A stretch of DNA of 64,000 nucleotides from an uncultured Acidobacteriota bacterium. Lineage in GTDB: Bacteria; Acidobacteriota; Thermoanaerobaculia; Multivoradales; UBA5704. Both the position numbers and the translations under genes were made by a program. Numbering within the stretch: the first letter of the stretch is position 1; every line of letters begins with the position of its first letter. Location: NCBI GenBank assembly GCA_963700145.1, contig OY969474.1:2976001-3040000 (forward strand), given 5' to 3'. The notes below the pieces were generated by a model, which made no database searches, was not told the origin of the DNA, and was given only the letters and a program-made list of their open reading frames with translations. This document shows positions 30,529 through 40,523 of the stretch, piece after piece.

Positions 30529-31752
30529 ATGGCGAGCGACAAGAGCGCGATCGAAGGCCTGCGGATCGACCGCGGCCCGGAGGAGGCGACGGAGTCCCGC
30601 CGCGGGCGGTGGATCGCCCTGGCGGTGGCGGTCCTGCTCGTCGGCAGCGGTCTCTGGCTCTGGCTCGGGCGCTCGCGCGCCGCGCCGGTGCGGGTGGCCG
30701 AGGCGGTCGCGGTCTCCGGCGGCGCCACCCCGGGCGCCGTGCTCAACGCCTCGGGCTACGTCACCGCCCGCCGCCAGGCGACGGTCTCCTCGAAGGTGAC
30801 CGGCAAGGTGATCGAGGTGCTGGTCGAGGAGGGGATGGTGGTCGAGGAGGGGCAGGTGCTGGCCCGCCTCGACCCCTCGACCGTCGAGCGCACCCTCTCG
30901 CTCACCCGCGCCGAGCTCTCCTCCGCCCGCCAGGCGCTCGACGAGACCCGCGTCCGCCTGCACGAGGCGGAGCTCAACCTGCGCCGCGCCCGCCGGCTCG
31001 CCGAGGAGAAGGTGGTCTCGCAGTCCGAGGTGGACGCCGCCGAGGCGGAGGTCGGCTCGCTGCGCGCCCGCCTCGACGTCGGCCGCGAGCAGGTGACGGT
31101 GGCCGACCGGGTGGTGGCGCTCCGCCGCCAGGACCTCGACGACACGGTGATCCGCGCCCCGTTCAGCGGCGTCGCGGTGACCAAGGACGCGCAGCCGGGG
31201 GAGATGATCTCGCCGGTCTCGGCCGGCGGCGGCTTCACCCGCACCGGCATCTGCACGCTGGTGGACATGACCTCGCTGGAGATCGAGGTGGACGTCAACG
31301 AGGCCTACATCGGCCGCGTGCGTCCCGGCCAGCCGGCCGAGGCGGTGCTCGACGCCTACCCGGAGTGGCGCATCCCGGCGCGCGTCATCATCACGGTGCC
31401 GGCGGCCGACCGGCAGAAGGCGACGGTGAAGGTCCGTCTGGCGTTCGACCAGCTCGACCCGCGCATCCTGCCCGACATGGGGGTCAAGGTCGCCTTTCTC
31501 GGCGACGAGGCGCAGGCGGCCGCTCCGGGCAAGCCCGCGGTGCGCGTGCCGCGCGAGGCGGTGCGCGGCGACCAGGCGAGCCCGGTCGTCTTCGTCGTCG
31601 AGGACGACACGGTCGAGCGCCGGGCGGTGCGGCTCGGCCCCGCCCCGGGCGAGCAGGTCGAGGTGCTGGCCGGGCTCGCCGGCGGCGAGAAGGTGGTCGT
31701 CGAAGGGCCGCGCGAGCTGGCCGACGGCGACCGCGTCAGAGTCAGGGAGTAG
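30529..31752 (+). CDS. periplasmic adaptor / membrane fusion protein
   Basis: LNASGYV, VEEGQVLARLD, IRAPFSG, ILPDMGVKV. Confidence 0.92.
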   Translation: MASDKSAIEGLRIDRGPEEATESRRGRWIALAVAVLLVGSGLWLWLGRSRAAPVRVAEAVAVSGGATPGAVLNASGYVTARRQATVSSKVTGKVIEVLVEEGMVVEEGQVLARLDPSTVERTLSLTRAELSSARQALDETRVRLHEAELNLRRARRLAEEKVVSQSEVDAAEAEVGSLRARLDVGREQVTVADRVVALRRQDLDDTVIRAPFSGVAVTKDAQPGEMISPVSAGGGFTRTGICTLVDMTSLEIEVDVNEAYIGRVRPGQPAEAVLDAYPEWRIPARVIITVPAADRQKATVKVRLAFDQLDPRILPDMGVKVAFLGDEAQAAAPGKPAVRVPREAVRGDQASPVVFVVEDDTVERRAVRLGPAPGEQVEVLAGLAGGEKVVVEGPRELADGDRVRVRE

Positions 31753-31774
31753 CGCCCGGTCTACGCACCGGGCG
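31749..31774 (+). repeat. GTAG-type REP element (copy 3)
   Basis: GTAG-cgcccggt-ctacgc-accgggcg; compensatory C-G to T-A stem change relative to copy 1. Confidence 0.75.
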
Positions 31775-31788
31775 TCTTTGGAGGAGAA

Positions 31789-32484
31789 ATGAACGGCAAC
31801 GGCGCGCTGGTCCAAGTCCGGGACGTCCACAAGGTCTTCCGCCGCGGCGAGGAGCGGATCGAGGTGCTCAACGGCCTCTCGCTCGACGTCGCGCCGGGGG
31901 AGTTCCTGGCCCTGATGGGCCCCTCCGGGTCGGGGAAATCGACTCTGCTCAACCTGATCGGCGGCCTCGACCGCCCGACGCAGGGCGCGATCCGCGTCGG
32001 CGGCGAGCAGATCGACAAGATGCCGGACGGGCAGCTGTCGCGCTGGCGCTCGCGCCACGTCGGCTTCGTCTTCCAGCTCTACAACCTGCTGCCGGTCTTG
32101 ACCGCCGAGCGCAACGTCGAGCTGCCGCTGCTGCTGACCAAGCTGTCGCGCGCGCAGCGGCGCAAGCACGTCGAGACCGCGCTCGGAGTCGTCGGACTCG
32201 CCGACCGCGCCAAGCACTTCCCGCGGCAGCTCTCCGGCGGCCAGGAGCAGCGGGTGGGGATCGCGCGCGCCATCGTCACCGATCCGACGCTCCTGCTCTG
32301 CGACGAGCCGACCGGCGACCTCGACCGCAAGAGCGGCGACGAGATCCTCGATCTTCTGCAGGCGCTCAACCGCCAGCAGGGGAAGACGATCGTCATGGTC
32401 ACCCACGACCCGCACGCCGCGGCGCGCGCCGGCCGCACCGTCCACCTCGACAAGGGCGTCCTCTCGACGGAGCCGGTGGCCTGA
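31789..32484 (+). CDS. ABC transporter ATP-binding protein (MacB/LolD type)
   Basis: [28 protein letters not shown]. Confidence 0.96.
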   Translation: MNGNGALVQVRDVHKVFRRGEERIEVLNGLSLDVAPGEFLALMGPSGSGKSTLLNLIGGLDRPTQGAIRVGGEQIDKMPDGQLSRWRSRHVGFVFQLYNLLPVLTAERNVELPLLLTKLSRAQRRKHVETALGVVGLADRAKHFPRQLSGGQEQRVGIARAIVTDPTLLLCDEPTGDLDRKSGDEILDLLQALNRQQGKTIVMVTHDPHAAARAGRTVHLDKGVLSTEPVA

Positions 32485-33650
32485 TGCGCTACCTACCGAT
32501 CCTGCTCGCCAACCTGCGGCGGAAGAAGGTGCGCACCGCCTTCACGCTGCTCTCGATCCTCATCGCCTTCGTCCTCTTCGGCCTGCTGGCGGCGATCCGG
32601 CAGGCCTTCAGCTTCGGCGCCGAGCTGGCCGGCGCCGACCGGCTGATCACCACCCACAAGACCTCGATCATCATCTCGCTGCCGAAGAGCTACCAGGACC
32701 AGATCGCCCGCGTGCCCGGCGTCACCCTGGCGACGCACGCCGGCTGGTTCGGCGGCGTCTACCAGAACCCCGACCGGCGCTTCCAGAACCTCTTCCAGGC
32801 GCCGATCGAGCCGGCGGCGTACATGAAGATGTACCCGGAGTTCAAGCTGCCGCCCGAGCAGATGGCGGCCTGGCTGGCCGACCGGGAAGGGGTGATCGTC
32901 GGCCGGAAGACGGCCGAGAACTTCGGCTGGAAGATCGGCGACCGGGTGCCGATCCAGGCCACCATCTGGAGCAAGAAAGATGGCACCAAGCTCTGGGAGT
33001 TCAACATCCGCGGCATCTACGACGGCGAGCAGAAGGGGACCGACACGACGCAGTTCCTCTTCCGCTACGACTACTTCGACGAGGCGCGGCAGTTCGGGCA
33101 GGGAACGGTCGGCTGGTACCTGCTGAAGATCGCCGACCCCGAGAAGGCGCCGGCCATCGCCCGCGCCATCGACGACCAGTTCGCCAACTCGCCCTACGAG
33201 ACCAAGACGACGACCGAGAAGGCGCTCATCCAGGGCTGGGCCGACCAGGTCGGAGACATCGGCGCAATCATCACCGCGATCGTCTCCGTCGTCTTCTTCA
33301 TCCTCCTGCTGGTGGCCGGCAACACGATGGCGCAGGCGGTGCGCGAGCGCACCTCGGAGCTGGCGGTGCTGAAGACCCTCGGCTTCACCAACCGGAAGGT
33401 GATGGGGATGGTGCTCGCCGAGTCCCTCCTCCTGGCGGTCCTCGGCGGCGGGCTGGGGCTGCTGCTGGCGTGGCCGATCGTGACGGTCGTCGGCGGCCTC
33501 CTCAGCACCATGCTCCCGATCTTCTACCTGCCGGCCAAGGGCGTGGCCATGGGCGTGGCGCTGATCCTCGTCCTCGGCCTGGTGACCGGCTTCCTGCCGG
33601 GGCTCCAGGCGATGCGGCTGCGCATCGTCGACGCGCTGCGGCGGGTGTGA
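32484..33650 (+). CDS. ABC permease (FtsX/MacB type)
   Basis: NLRRKKVRT, VRERTSELAVLKTLGF; TGATG coupling. Confidence 0.92.
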   Translation: MRYLPILLANLRRKKVRTAFTLLSILIAFVLFGLLAAIRQAFSFGAELAGADRLITTHKTSIIISLPKSYQDQIARVPGVTLATHAGWFGGVYQNPDRRFQNLFQAPIEPAAYMKMYPEFKLPPEQMAAWLADREGVIVGRKTAENFGWKIGDRVPIQATIWSKKDGTKLWEFNIRGIYDGEQKGTDTTQFLFRYDYFDEARQFGQGTVGWYLLKIADPEKAPAIARAIDDQFANSPYETKTTTEKALIQGWADQVGDIGAIITAIVSVVFFILLLVAGNTMAQAVRERTSELAVLKTLGFTNRKVMGMVLAESLLLAVLGGGLGLLLAWPIVTVVGGLLSTMLPIFYLPAKGVAMGVALILVLGLVTGFLPGLQAMRLRIVDALRRV

Positions 33651-33652
33651 CG

Positions 33653-34861
33653 ATGCACTGGCTCGAGCAGACCTGGGCGGTCATCAAGCTCAACCTCGCC
33701 ACCCTCCGCGAGCGGCGCGGCGGCGCCCTCGCCACGATCTTCGGCGTCGCCGGCGTGGTGCTGGTCTTCGTCGCCGTGCTGTCGATCGGGGAGGGCTTCC
33801 GCCGCACCCTGGCGACCGCCGGCCGGGACGACACCGCCCTCGTCCTCCGCGCCGGCAGCGACAGCGAGATGATGAGCATCCTGGGGCGCGACGACGTGCA
33901 GGTCATCGCCCAGGCGCCGGGCGTCGCGCGCGCCGCCGGGGCCCGCCAGACCGTCGGGGCGGACGCGCCTCTCGCCTCGGCCGAGCTGTTCGTGGTCGTC
34001 GACCTCGCGAAGCGCTCGACCGGCTCCCCGGCCAACGTGCCGCTGCGCGGCGTGCAGCCGGCCGCTTTCGCGGCCCGCGACGACATCGAGATCAGCAAGG
34101 GGCGGATGTTCGCCTGGGGGAAGAACGAGATCATCGTCGGCGACGCCGCCGCCCGCCAGTTCGACGTCGACGTCGGCTCGCGCATGCGCTGGGGGCAGAA
34201 CGAATGGGAGGTGGTCGGGCTGTTCACCGCCGACGGCGCGCTCTGGGAGTCCGAGCTGTGGTGCGACGTCGGCGTCCTCCAGCCCGCCTACCGGCGCGGC
34301 AACAGCTTCCAGTCCATCATCGCCCGGCTGGAGTCGCCGGAGGCCTTCGACCGCTTCAAGGACGCCCTCACCAAGGACCCTCGGCTCGACGTCAAGGTGC
34401 AGCGGCAGAGCGACTTCTACGCCGAGCAGTCCGACGCGATGACGAGCCTCATCCGCATCCTCGGGTTCGCGGTGGCGCTGCTGATGGGCTTCGGCGCGGT
34501 GTTCGGCGCCCTGCTGACGATGTACTCGGCCGTCGCCACGCGCACCCGCGAGATCGGCACCCTGCGGGCGCTCGGCTTCGGCAGCGGTCCGGTCGTGGTC
34601 TCGGTGCTCGTCGAGTCGCTCGTCCTGGCGCTGGTCGGCGGGGCGCTGGGCGCCGCCCTCGCCTACGCCGCGTTCGACGGCTTCCGCACCGCGACGATGA
34701 ATTGGCAGACCTTCAGCCAGGTGGCCTTCGCCTTCCAGGTGACGCCGGCGCTGCTGACCCAGGGGATCTTCTACGCCCTGCTGATGGGGCTCGTCGGCGG
34801 CCTCTTCCCGGCGATCCGCGCCGCGCGGCTGCCGGTGGCGACGGCGCTGCGCGAGCTCTGA
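33653..34861 (+). CDS. ABC permease (FtsX/MacB type)
   Basis: RTREIGTLRALGF, PAIRAARL. Confidence 0.92.
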   Translation: MHWLEQTWAVIKLNLATLRERRGGALATIFGVAGVVLVFVAVLSIGEGFRRTLATAGRDDTALVLRAGSDSEMMSILGRDDVQVIAQAPGVARAAGARQTVGADAPLASAELFVVVDLAKRSTGSPANVPLRGVQPAAFAARDDIEISKGRMFAWGKNEIIVGDAAARQFDVDVGSRMRWGQNEWEVVGLFTADGALWESELWCDVGVLQPAYRRGNSFQSIIARLESPEAFDRFKDALTKDPRLDVKVQRQSDFYAEQSDAMTSLIRILGFAVALLMGFGAVFGALLTMYSAVATRTREIGTLRALGFGSGPVVVSVLVESLVLALVGGALGAALAYAAFDGFRTATMNWQTFSQVAFAFQVTPALLTQGIFYALLMGLVGGLFPAIRAARLPVATALREL

Positions 34862-34905
34862 ACGAGGGGCGCCGCGCGCCCGAGAGCGAGCTATAGTTGG
34901 CGAAC

Positions 34906-36222
34906 ATGAAGGCCGTGACGGAAGAGAACGCCAGCCCCGGCGCGGAGATCGTGGCGAGCCGCGCCAAGCTCACGCTCGACGACAAGGAGCTCGACCTGCC
35001 GGTCGTGGTCGGGACGGAGGGCGAGGTGGCGGTCGACGTCACCCAGCTCCGCGCCAAGACCGGCGCCATCACCCTCGATCCCGGCTACGGCAACACCGGC
35101 TCCTGCGAGAGCGCCATCACCTTCATCGACGGCGAGCGCGGCATCCTGCGCTACCGCGGCTACCCGATCGAGCAGATGGCGGGGACCGCCGAGTTCGTGG
35201 AGGTCGCCTACCTGCTGATCCGCGGCGAGCTGCCGAGCAAGAGCGAGCTCACGGCCTTCAAGCGGCGGCTGACCTACCACAGCATGCTGCACGAGGACAT
35301 GAAGAAGTTCTTCGAGGGCTACCCGGCGAGCGCGCACCCGATGGCGATGCTCTCGGCGATGGTGGCCTCGCTCTCGGCCTACTACCCGGAGAACGACCGC
35401 GACCTCGAGATGAACATCGTCCGGCTCCTCGCCAAGGTGCCGACGATCGCCGCCTACTCCTACAAGAAGAGCGTCGGCCAGCCGTTCGTCTACCCGCAGA
35501 ACCGGCTCGAGTACCCCGGACGGTTCCTCCACATGCTGTTCTCGGTGCCGGCCGAGGAGTACCGGGTGAACCCCGTGGTGGAGCGGGCGCTCAACCTGCT
35601 CCTCCTCCTCCACGCCGACCACGAGCAGAACTGCAGCACCTCGACGGTGCGCATGGTGGGGAGCAGCCAGGTCAACCTCTTCGCCTCGATCGCCGCCGGC
35701 ATCTGCGCCCTCTGGGGCCCGCTCCACGGCGGCGCCAACCAGGCGGTCATCGAGATGCTCGAGCGCATCCGCCAGGACGGCAGCGACTTCAAGAAGTACG
35801 TCGAGATGGCGAAGCAGAAGGACTCCGGCTTCCGCCTCATGGGCTTCGGCCACCGGGTGTACAAGAACTTCGACCCGCGCGCCAAGATCCTCAAAGAGAC
35901 CGCCGACGAGGTGCTGCGGGAGCTCGGCGTGCAGGACCCGCTCCTCGACATCGCTAAGTCGCTCGAGGAGGTGGCCCTCTCCGACGACTTCTTCATCGAG
36001 CGCAAGCTCTACCCGAACGTCGACTTCTACAGCGGCATCATCTACCGCGCCATGGGTATCCCGACCAACATGTTCACGGTGATGTTCGCGCTCGGGCGCC
36101 TGCCCGGGTGGATCGCCCACTGGCTGGAGATGCGCGCCGATCCCAAGACCCGCATCAACCGCCCGCGCCAGATCTACACCGGCGCCACCGAGCGACGGTA
36201 CGCGCCGCTCGCCGAGCGGTAA
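34906..36222 (+). CDS. gltA: citrate synthase (type II)
   Basis: DPGYGNTGSCESAITFIDG, HADHEQNCST, GPLHGGAN, MGFGHRVYKNFDPRA, YPNVDFYSG. Confidence 0.98.
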   Translation: MKAVTEENASPGAEIVASRAKLTLDDKELDLPVVVGTEGEVAVDVTQLRAKTGAITLDPGYGNTGSCESAITFIDGERGILRYRGYPIEQMAGTAEFVEVAYLLIRGELPSKSELTAFKRRLTYHSMLHEDMKKFFEGYPASAHPMAMLSAMVASLSAYYPENDRDLEMNIVRLLAKVPTIAAYSYKKSVGQPFVYPQNRLEYPGRFLHMLFSVPAEEYRVNPVVERALNLLLLLHADHEQNCSTSTVRMVGSSQVNLFASIAAGICALWGPLHGGANQAVIEMLERIRQDGSDFKKYVEMAKQKDSGFRLMGFGHRVYKNFDPRAKILKETADEVLRELGVQDPLLDIAKSLEEVALSDDFFIERKLYPNVDFYSGIIYRAMGIPTNMFTVMFALGRLPGWIAHWLEMRADPKTRINRPRQIYTGATERRYAPLAER

Positions 36223-36226
36223 ACCT

Positions 36227-36574
36227 CTAGTGCTTCCGGAAACGGTGGAGGCGCGCGTGGGCGCGCGCGCGGAAGCGCTCCACCCGCTGCCAGGCGCGCG
36301 GCCAGCGCACCAGAGCGCGGCGGAGGCCGCGGTAGACCAGCTCGTTGTCGAGCGAGAGGAGGGCGGCGCCCAGGAGGATGGTGAGGACCCCTTGGAGGCC
36401 GGGGAGGACGAGGCCGGCGACGCCGATCAGGATCAGCGCCCAACCGGCGATGAAGATGGCGATCCGCCAACCGAGCGGCAGGGGCGGCAGCGGCTCGCCG
36501 ACGATGCGGATCGTCAGCTGCTCTTCCGGTCCGCAAGTCTCCTCGACCGCGACTTCCGGTTCCCGTCTCTCCAT
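36227..36574 (-). CDS. small membrane protein (PGPGW-domain-like)
   Basis: GWALILIGVAGLVLPGLQGVLTILLG. Confidence 0.7.
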   Translation of the reverse strand: MERREPEVAVEETCGPEEQLTIRIVGEPLPPLPLGWRIAIFIAGWALILIGVAGLVLPGLQGVLTILLGAALLSLDNELVYRGLRRALVRWPRAWQRVERFRARAHARLHRFRKH

Positions 36575-36623
36575 GCCTCGATCAAGCTAACACACCGCGT
36601 GCCAACTGCTTGGGCGACGAGCG

Positions 36624-36683
36624 TTGACAAAGAGGACCAGCGCGGTCCAGAATTGATTCGTGCTTCTTGAGAATTCGTCTCAA
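36624..36683 (+). promoter_or_regulatory. sigma70 promoter and Fur-box-like inverted repeat
   Basis: TTGACA (36624) - 18 nt - CAGAAT (36648); TTGAGAATTCGTCTCAA at 36667-36683. Confidence 0.7.
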
Positions 36684-37178
36684 CAAGTAGATCGGCCCCC
36701 GTTCGAGCCGCGCGAGAAGGAGCAGTTCCTGCGCGCCCTGCGGGCGCGCGGGCAGCGGGTCACGGCCGAGCGCCTCGCCCTCTTCGACGAGGTCTTCACC
36801 CAGCACGGGCACATCGACGCCGACGAGATCCTCTCCGCTCTCCGGGCGGCGGGCGTCGCCATCTCGCGCGCCACCGTCTACCGCAACCTCGACCTCCTGG
36901 TCGCCTGCGGCCTGGCGCGCAAGCAGCGGCTCGGGCGCCGGCGCTACCTCTACGAGCACGTCCACCCCGGCCAGCACCACGACCACCTCGTCTGCACCGG
37001 CTGCGGCCGGGTGGTCGAGTTCGTGAGCCCGGGGATCGCCGCCCTGCAGACCGAGATCTGCCGCGCCCACGGTTTCGTGCCGAGCCGGCACACGCTGCGC
37101 ATCGACGGCATCTGCGTCCGCTGCGCCGAGGCCGAGGCGGCGCCGGGCGCGAGCGCGCCGGAGGCGGCCGGTGTTTGA
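36660..37178 (+). CDS. fur: Fur-family transcriptional repressor
   Basis: SRATVYRNLDLL, HHDHLVCTGCG, CVRC. Confidence 0.9.
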   Translation: MLLENSSQQVDRPPFEPREKEQFLRALRARGQRVTAERLALFDEVFTQHGHIDADEILSALRAAGVAISRATVYRNLDLLVACGLARKQRLGRRRYLYEHVHPGQHHDHLVCTGCGRVVEFVSPGIAALQTEICRAHGFVPSRHTLRIDGICVRCAEAEAAPGASAPEAAGV

Positions 37179-38457
37179 GGCCCTGGTCGTCACCCTCCGC
37201 GAAGGGGTGGAGGCGGCGCTCGTCGTCGGCATCATCGTCGCCTTCCTGCGCAAGGAGGGGGAGGAGCGCTACCTGCCGGCGGTCTGGGGCGGGATCGCCG
37301 CGGCGGTGGCGGGCAGCGTCCTCGGCGCCTGGGCGCTCTACCGCTGGGCGGTCAACGAGGAGGCCTTCGAAGGCGTCCTCTACATGGCCTCGGCGCTCGC
37401 CGTCGGCGGCATGGTGGTCTGGATGTGGCGCCACGGGCGGGAGGTGGCCGGCGAGGTCAGGGGCTCGCTGGGGCGCATCCTCACCCGCCGCGCCGGCGCG
37501 CCGGTCGCCGCCGGCGTCGCCCTCTTCACCTTCCTGATGGTCTTCCGCGAGGGGATCGAGACCGTCCTCTTCCTCTCCGCCCTCTCGCTCACCACGCGCG
37601 GCCTGCTGGCGGCGCTCGGCGCCGCCCTCGGGCTCGCCGCGGCGGTCGTCTTCGGCGTCCTCTTCGTGCGCGGCAGCCTGCGCATCGACCTCGCCCGCTT
37701 CTTCAAGATCACCGGCATCGCCCTCGCCGTCTTCGTGCTGCAGCTCCTGGTCAACGGCTACCACGAGCTGTCCGAGGCCGGCTGGCTCCCCGCCAACGAG
37801 ACGACGATGGCGGCGGTCGGGCCGCTGGTGCGGAACGAGTTCTTCTTCCTCCTGGCCGTCCTGCTGCTGCCGCTCCTCATGCTCCTGGTGCCGGGCCGCG
37901 AGGCGGGGCCGGCGGAGACGCCGCACGCCGCGGCGGCCCGCCTGGCGCGCGCCGCCGAGCGGCGCCAGCGCCGGGCGCGGTTCCTGGGCGGCGCGCTCGG
38001 CGTCGTCATCCTCTTGACCCTGGGCGCCGGGCTGGTCTACGGGCGGGCGCCGCTCGAGCTGTCGCCGGCGGCGCCGGTGGCGCCGGGTGCGGACGGCGCG
38101 GTGCGCATCCCGCTCGCCGGGCTCGCCGAGGGGCAGCTCGCCCGCTTCAGCGTCGCGCTCCCCGGCGGCGCCGTCCGCTTCGTCGCCATCCGCCTGGACG
38201 AGCGCGAGGTCGCGACCGCCTTCGACGCCTGCCTGATCTGCGGCCCGCGCGGCTACGTGCAGGAAGGGGTGGACGTCTCCTGCCTCCACTGCGGCTCGGC
38301 GATCTACCCGCCGTCGATCGGCCAGCCCGGCGGCTGCAACCCGGTGCCGTTGCGCGCGCGGGTCGAAGGCGACGAGCTGGTGCTCGCCGCGGCCGACCTG
38401 GCGCAGGGCGCGAAGCTCTTCGCGCCGGCGGCCGCGCACGGCGGCCACGCAGGGTAG
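37171..38457 (+). CDS. FTR1 iron permease fused to a Cys-rich DUF2318-like domain
   Basis: Two REGxE motifs (REGVE, REGIE); C-terminal DACLICG...CLHC...GGCNPVP. Confidence 0.88.
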   Translation: MFEALVVTLREGVEAALVVGIIVAFLRKEGEERYLPAVWGGIAAAVAGSVLGAWALYRWAVNEEAFEGVLYMASALAVGGMVVWMWRHGREVAGEVRGSLGRILTRRAGAPVAAGVALFTFLMVFREGIETVLFLSALSLTTRGLLAALGAALGLAAAVVFGVLFVRGSLRIDLARFFKITGIALAVFVLQLLVNGYHELSEAGWLPANETTMAAVGPLVRNEFFFLLAVLLLPLLMLLVPGREAGPAETPHAAAARLARAAERRQRRARFLGGALGVVILLTLGAGLVYGRAPLELSPAAPVAPGADGAVRIPLAGLAEGQLARFSVALPGGAVRFVAIRLDEREVATAFDACLICGPRGYVQEGVDVSCLHCGSAIYPPSIGQPGGCNPVPLRARVEGDELVLAAADLAQGAKLFAPAAAHGGHAG

Positions 38458-38464
38458 GCGCCCG

Positions 38465-39700
38465 GTGCTCGCCCGCCTCCTCGCCGAGTCGCTCCGCCGC
38501 GGCACCCGCCGCAAGCTCCTGGCGCTCTCCGCCGTCGCCCTCGGCACGCTCGGCGCCACGGCGATGACCGAGGTGCTCCTTGCCTCCGGCGACCGCCTCG
38601 CCGCCGACCTCGGCTCGTACGGGGCCAACCTGACGATCGCGCCGCGCGACGGCGAGACGCTGGCCGCCGCCGACCTCGCCGCCGTGCGCCGCATCTTCTG
38701 GCGCAACAACGTCGTGGCCCTGGCGCCGCTCTACCCGCTGCGCGCACGGCTCGCGGTGGGCACCGGGGGCGCGCCGGAGGATGGCCTCGTCGCTCCGCTC
38801 GTCGGCACCTGGTTCGACCACCCGCTCGAGCCGGGCTGGCGCACCGGGCTGCCGCGCACCCGCCCCACCTTCGCGCTCACCGGCCGCTGGCCGCGCGACG
38901 GCGCGCCGGAGGCCGCCCTCGGACGCCGCCTCGCGGCGCGGCTCGGCGCCGGCGCGGGCGACGAGGTCGCGGCGTCGCTCGGCCGAGAGACGCTCCGCTT
39001 CCGGGTCACCGGCATCCTCACCTCCGGCGGCGAGGAGGACGAGCAGGCGTTCGTGCCGCTCGCCGCCGTGCAGGCGCTGGCCGGCCGCCCCGGACGCACC
39101 CGCCGCGCCGAGCTCTTCGCCCTCACCACGCCGGAGCCGGCCGGACGCCGCAAGCCGCCGTCGGCGATGACGCCGGAGGAGTACGACGCCTGGTACTGCA
39201 CCGCCTACCCGTCCTCGGTCGCCTTCCAGATCGAGGAGGCGCTGCCGGGCGCGCGCGTCGAGCTGGTGCGCGGCGTCACCGCCGCCACCGCCGAGGTGCT
39301 GGGGCGGCTGCGCGCCGTGCTCGTGGCGCTCGCCGCGGTGGCGCTGGCCGGCGCCGCGCTCGGCGTCACCGCGGCGATGACCGCGACCGTCCTCGAGCGG
39401 CGGCTCGAGGCCGGCCTGCTGGTCGCGCTCGGCACGCCGCGCGGCCGGGTGGCCGGCTTCTTCCTCCTCGAGGCCGCGCTCCTCGGGCTCGCCGGCGGCC
39501 TCGCCGGCGGTGCCCTCGGCCTGCCGGCCGGACGCCTCCTCGGCGAGCTCGCGCTCGGCGTCGCCGTCCCGGTGGCGCCGGTCCTGGTCCCCTTCTCCGC
39601 CGCCCTCGGGCTCCTCCTCGCCGGGCTGGCGAGCCTGCCGCCGGTGCTGCGGGCGCTCCGCCGCCACCCGGCGTCGCTCCTGGCGAGGGCCGCCGCCTGA
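38465..39700 (+). CDS. ABC permease (FtsX type, Fet-system-like)
   Basis: LGSYGANL, FWRNNV, WYCTAYPSS, VLERRLEAGLLVALG. Confidence 0.85.
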   Translation: MLARLLAESLRRGTRRKLLALSAVALGTLGATAMTEVLLASGDRLAADLGSYGANLTIAPRDGETLAAADLAAVRRIFWRNNVVALAPLYPLRARLAVGTGGAPEDGLVAPLVGTWFDHPLEPGWRTGLPRTRPTFALTGRWPRDGAPEAALGRRLAARLGAGAGDEVAASLGRETLRFRVTGILTSGGEEDEQAFVPLAAVQALAGRPGRTRRAELFALTTPEPAGRRKPPSAMTPEEYDAWYCTAYPSSVAFQIEEALPGARVELVRGVTAATAEVLGRLRAVLVALAAVALAGAALGVTAAMTATVLERRLEAGLLVALGTPRGRVAGFFLLEAALLGLAGGLAGGALGLPAGRLLGELALGVAVPVAPVLVPFSAALGLLLAGLASLPPVLRALRRHPASLLARAAA

Positions 39701-40521
39701 TGCTCCTCCGCGTCCTCTGGGGGAGCTTGCGCCGCCGCTCCCGCCAGCTCGCGCTGATCGCCGCCGCTGTGGCTGTGGCCGCCGCGACGGTGGCGACCCT
39801 CGCCGGCTTCTCGGTGCGGGTGCGCGACCGGCTCGCCGAGGACCTGGCGCCTTTCGGCCCCAACCTCGTCGTGCGCCCTGAGGTCGGCGGCCCGGCCCAT
39901 CTGCCGGTCGAAGAGCTGGCGGCCGTGGAGCGGCTTCCGGGCGTTGCCTGGGCGCGCGGCGTCGCCCTGGCCGGCGGACCGGGCGGCCCGGCCCTCGAGC
40001 GCATCGAGGTGCGCACCGTGCCGGCGCGGTTGGGCGAGGTGGCGCGCGCCGTCGAGGCGCAGGTCGCCGGCGCCGAGGCACGGCCGCTCCGGCGCGTCGC
40101 CGAGAGCGACGCCCTCCTCGGCCGCCGCGTGGCGCTCCTCCTCGCCGCGGTCTGCGGCGTGGCGCTCCTCTCGGCGCTCCTCGCCGTCGCCGCGGCGGCG
40201 ACCGCCCTCCTCGGCGAGCGGCGGCGCGAGGTCGGCCTCCTCTTCGCCTTGGGCTACGAGACGCGGCGCGTCGCCGCCCTCTTCGCCGGCGAGCTGCTCG
40301 CCGCGGCGCTTGTCGCCGCGCTCCTCGGCGCCCTCCTCGGCGAGGCCGCCGCGGCCGGGCTCGCCGCGCGCCTGCTGGGCGCGCCCGCCGCGCACTCCCC
40401 CACCGCCGCCGGCCTCACGGCCGCCGCGGCGACCGCCGTCCTCGTCGTCGGCGGCGCGCTCGCCGTGGCGCTCCGCCGCCTGGCGCGCACCGACACCGCC
40501 CGGGTGCTCCAGGGTCTCTGA
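39700..40521 (+). CDS. ABC permease (FtsX type, shortened)
   Basis: FGPNLVV, ERRREVGLLFALG; TGATG coupling. Confidence 0.8.
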   Translation: MLLRVLWGSLRRRSRQLALIAAAVAVAAATVATLAGFSVRVRDRLAEDLAPFGPNLVVRPEVGGPAHLPVEELAAVERLPGVAWARGVALAGGPGGPALERIEVRTVPARLGEVARAVEAQVAGAEARPLRRVAESDALLGRRVALLLAAVCGVALLSALLAVAAAATALLGERRREVGLLFALGYETRRVAALFAGELLAAALVAALLGALLGEAAAAGLAARLLGAPAAHSPTAAGLTAAAATAVLVVGGALAVALRRLARTDTARVLQGL

Positions 40522-40523
40522 TC

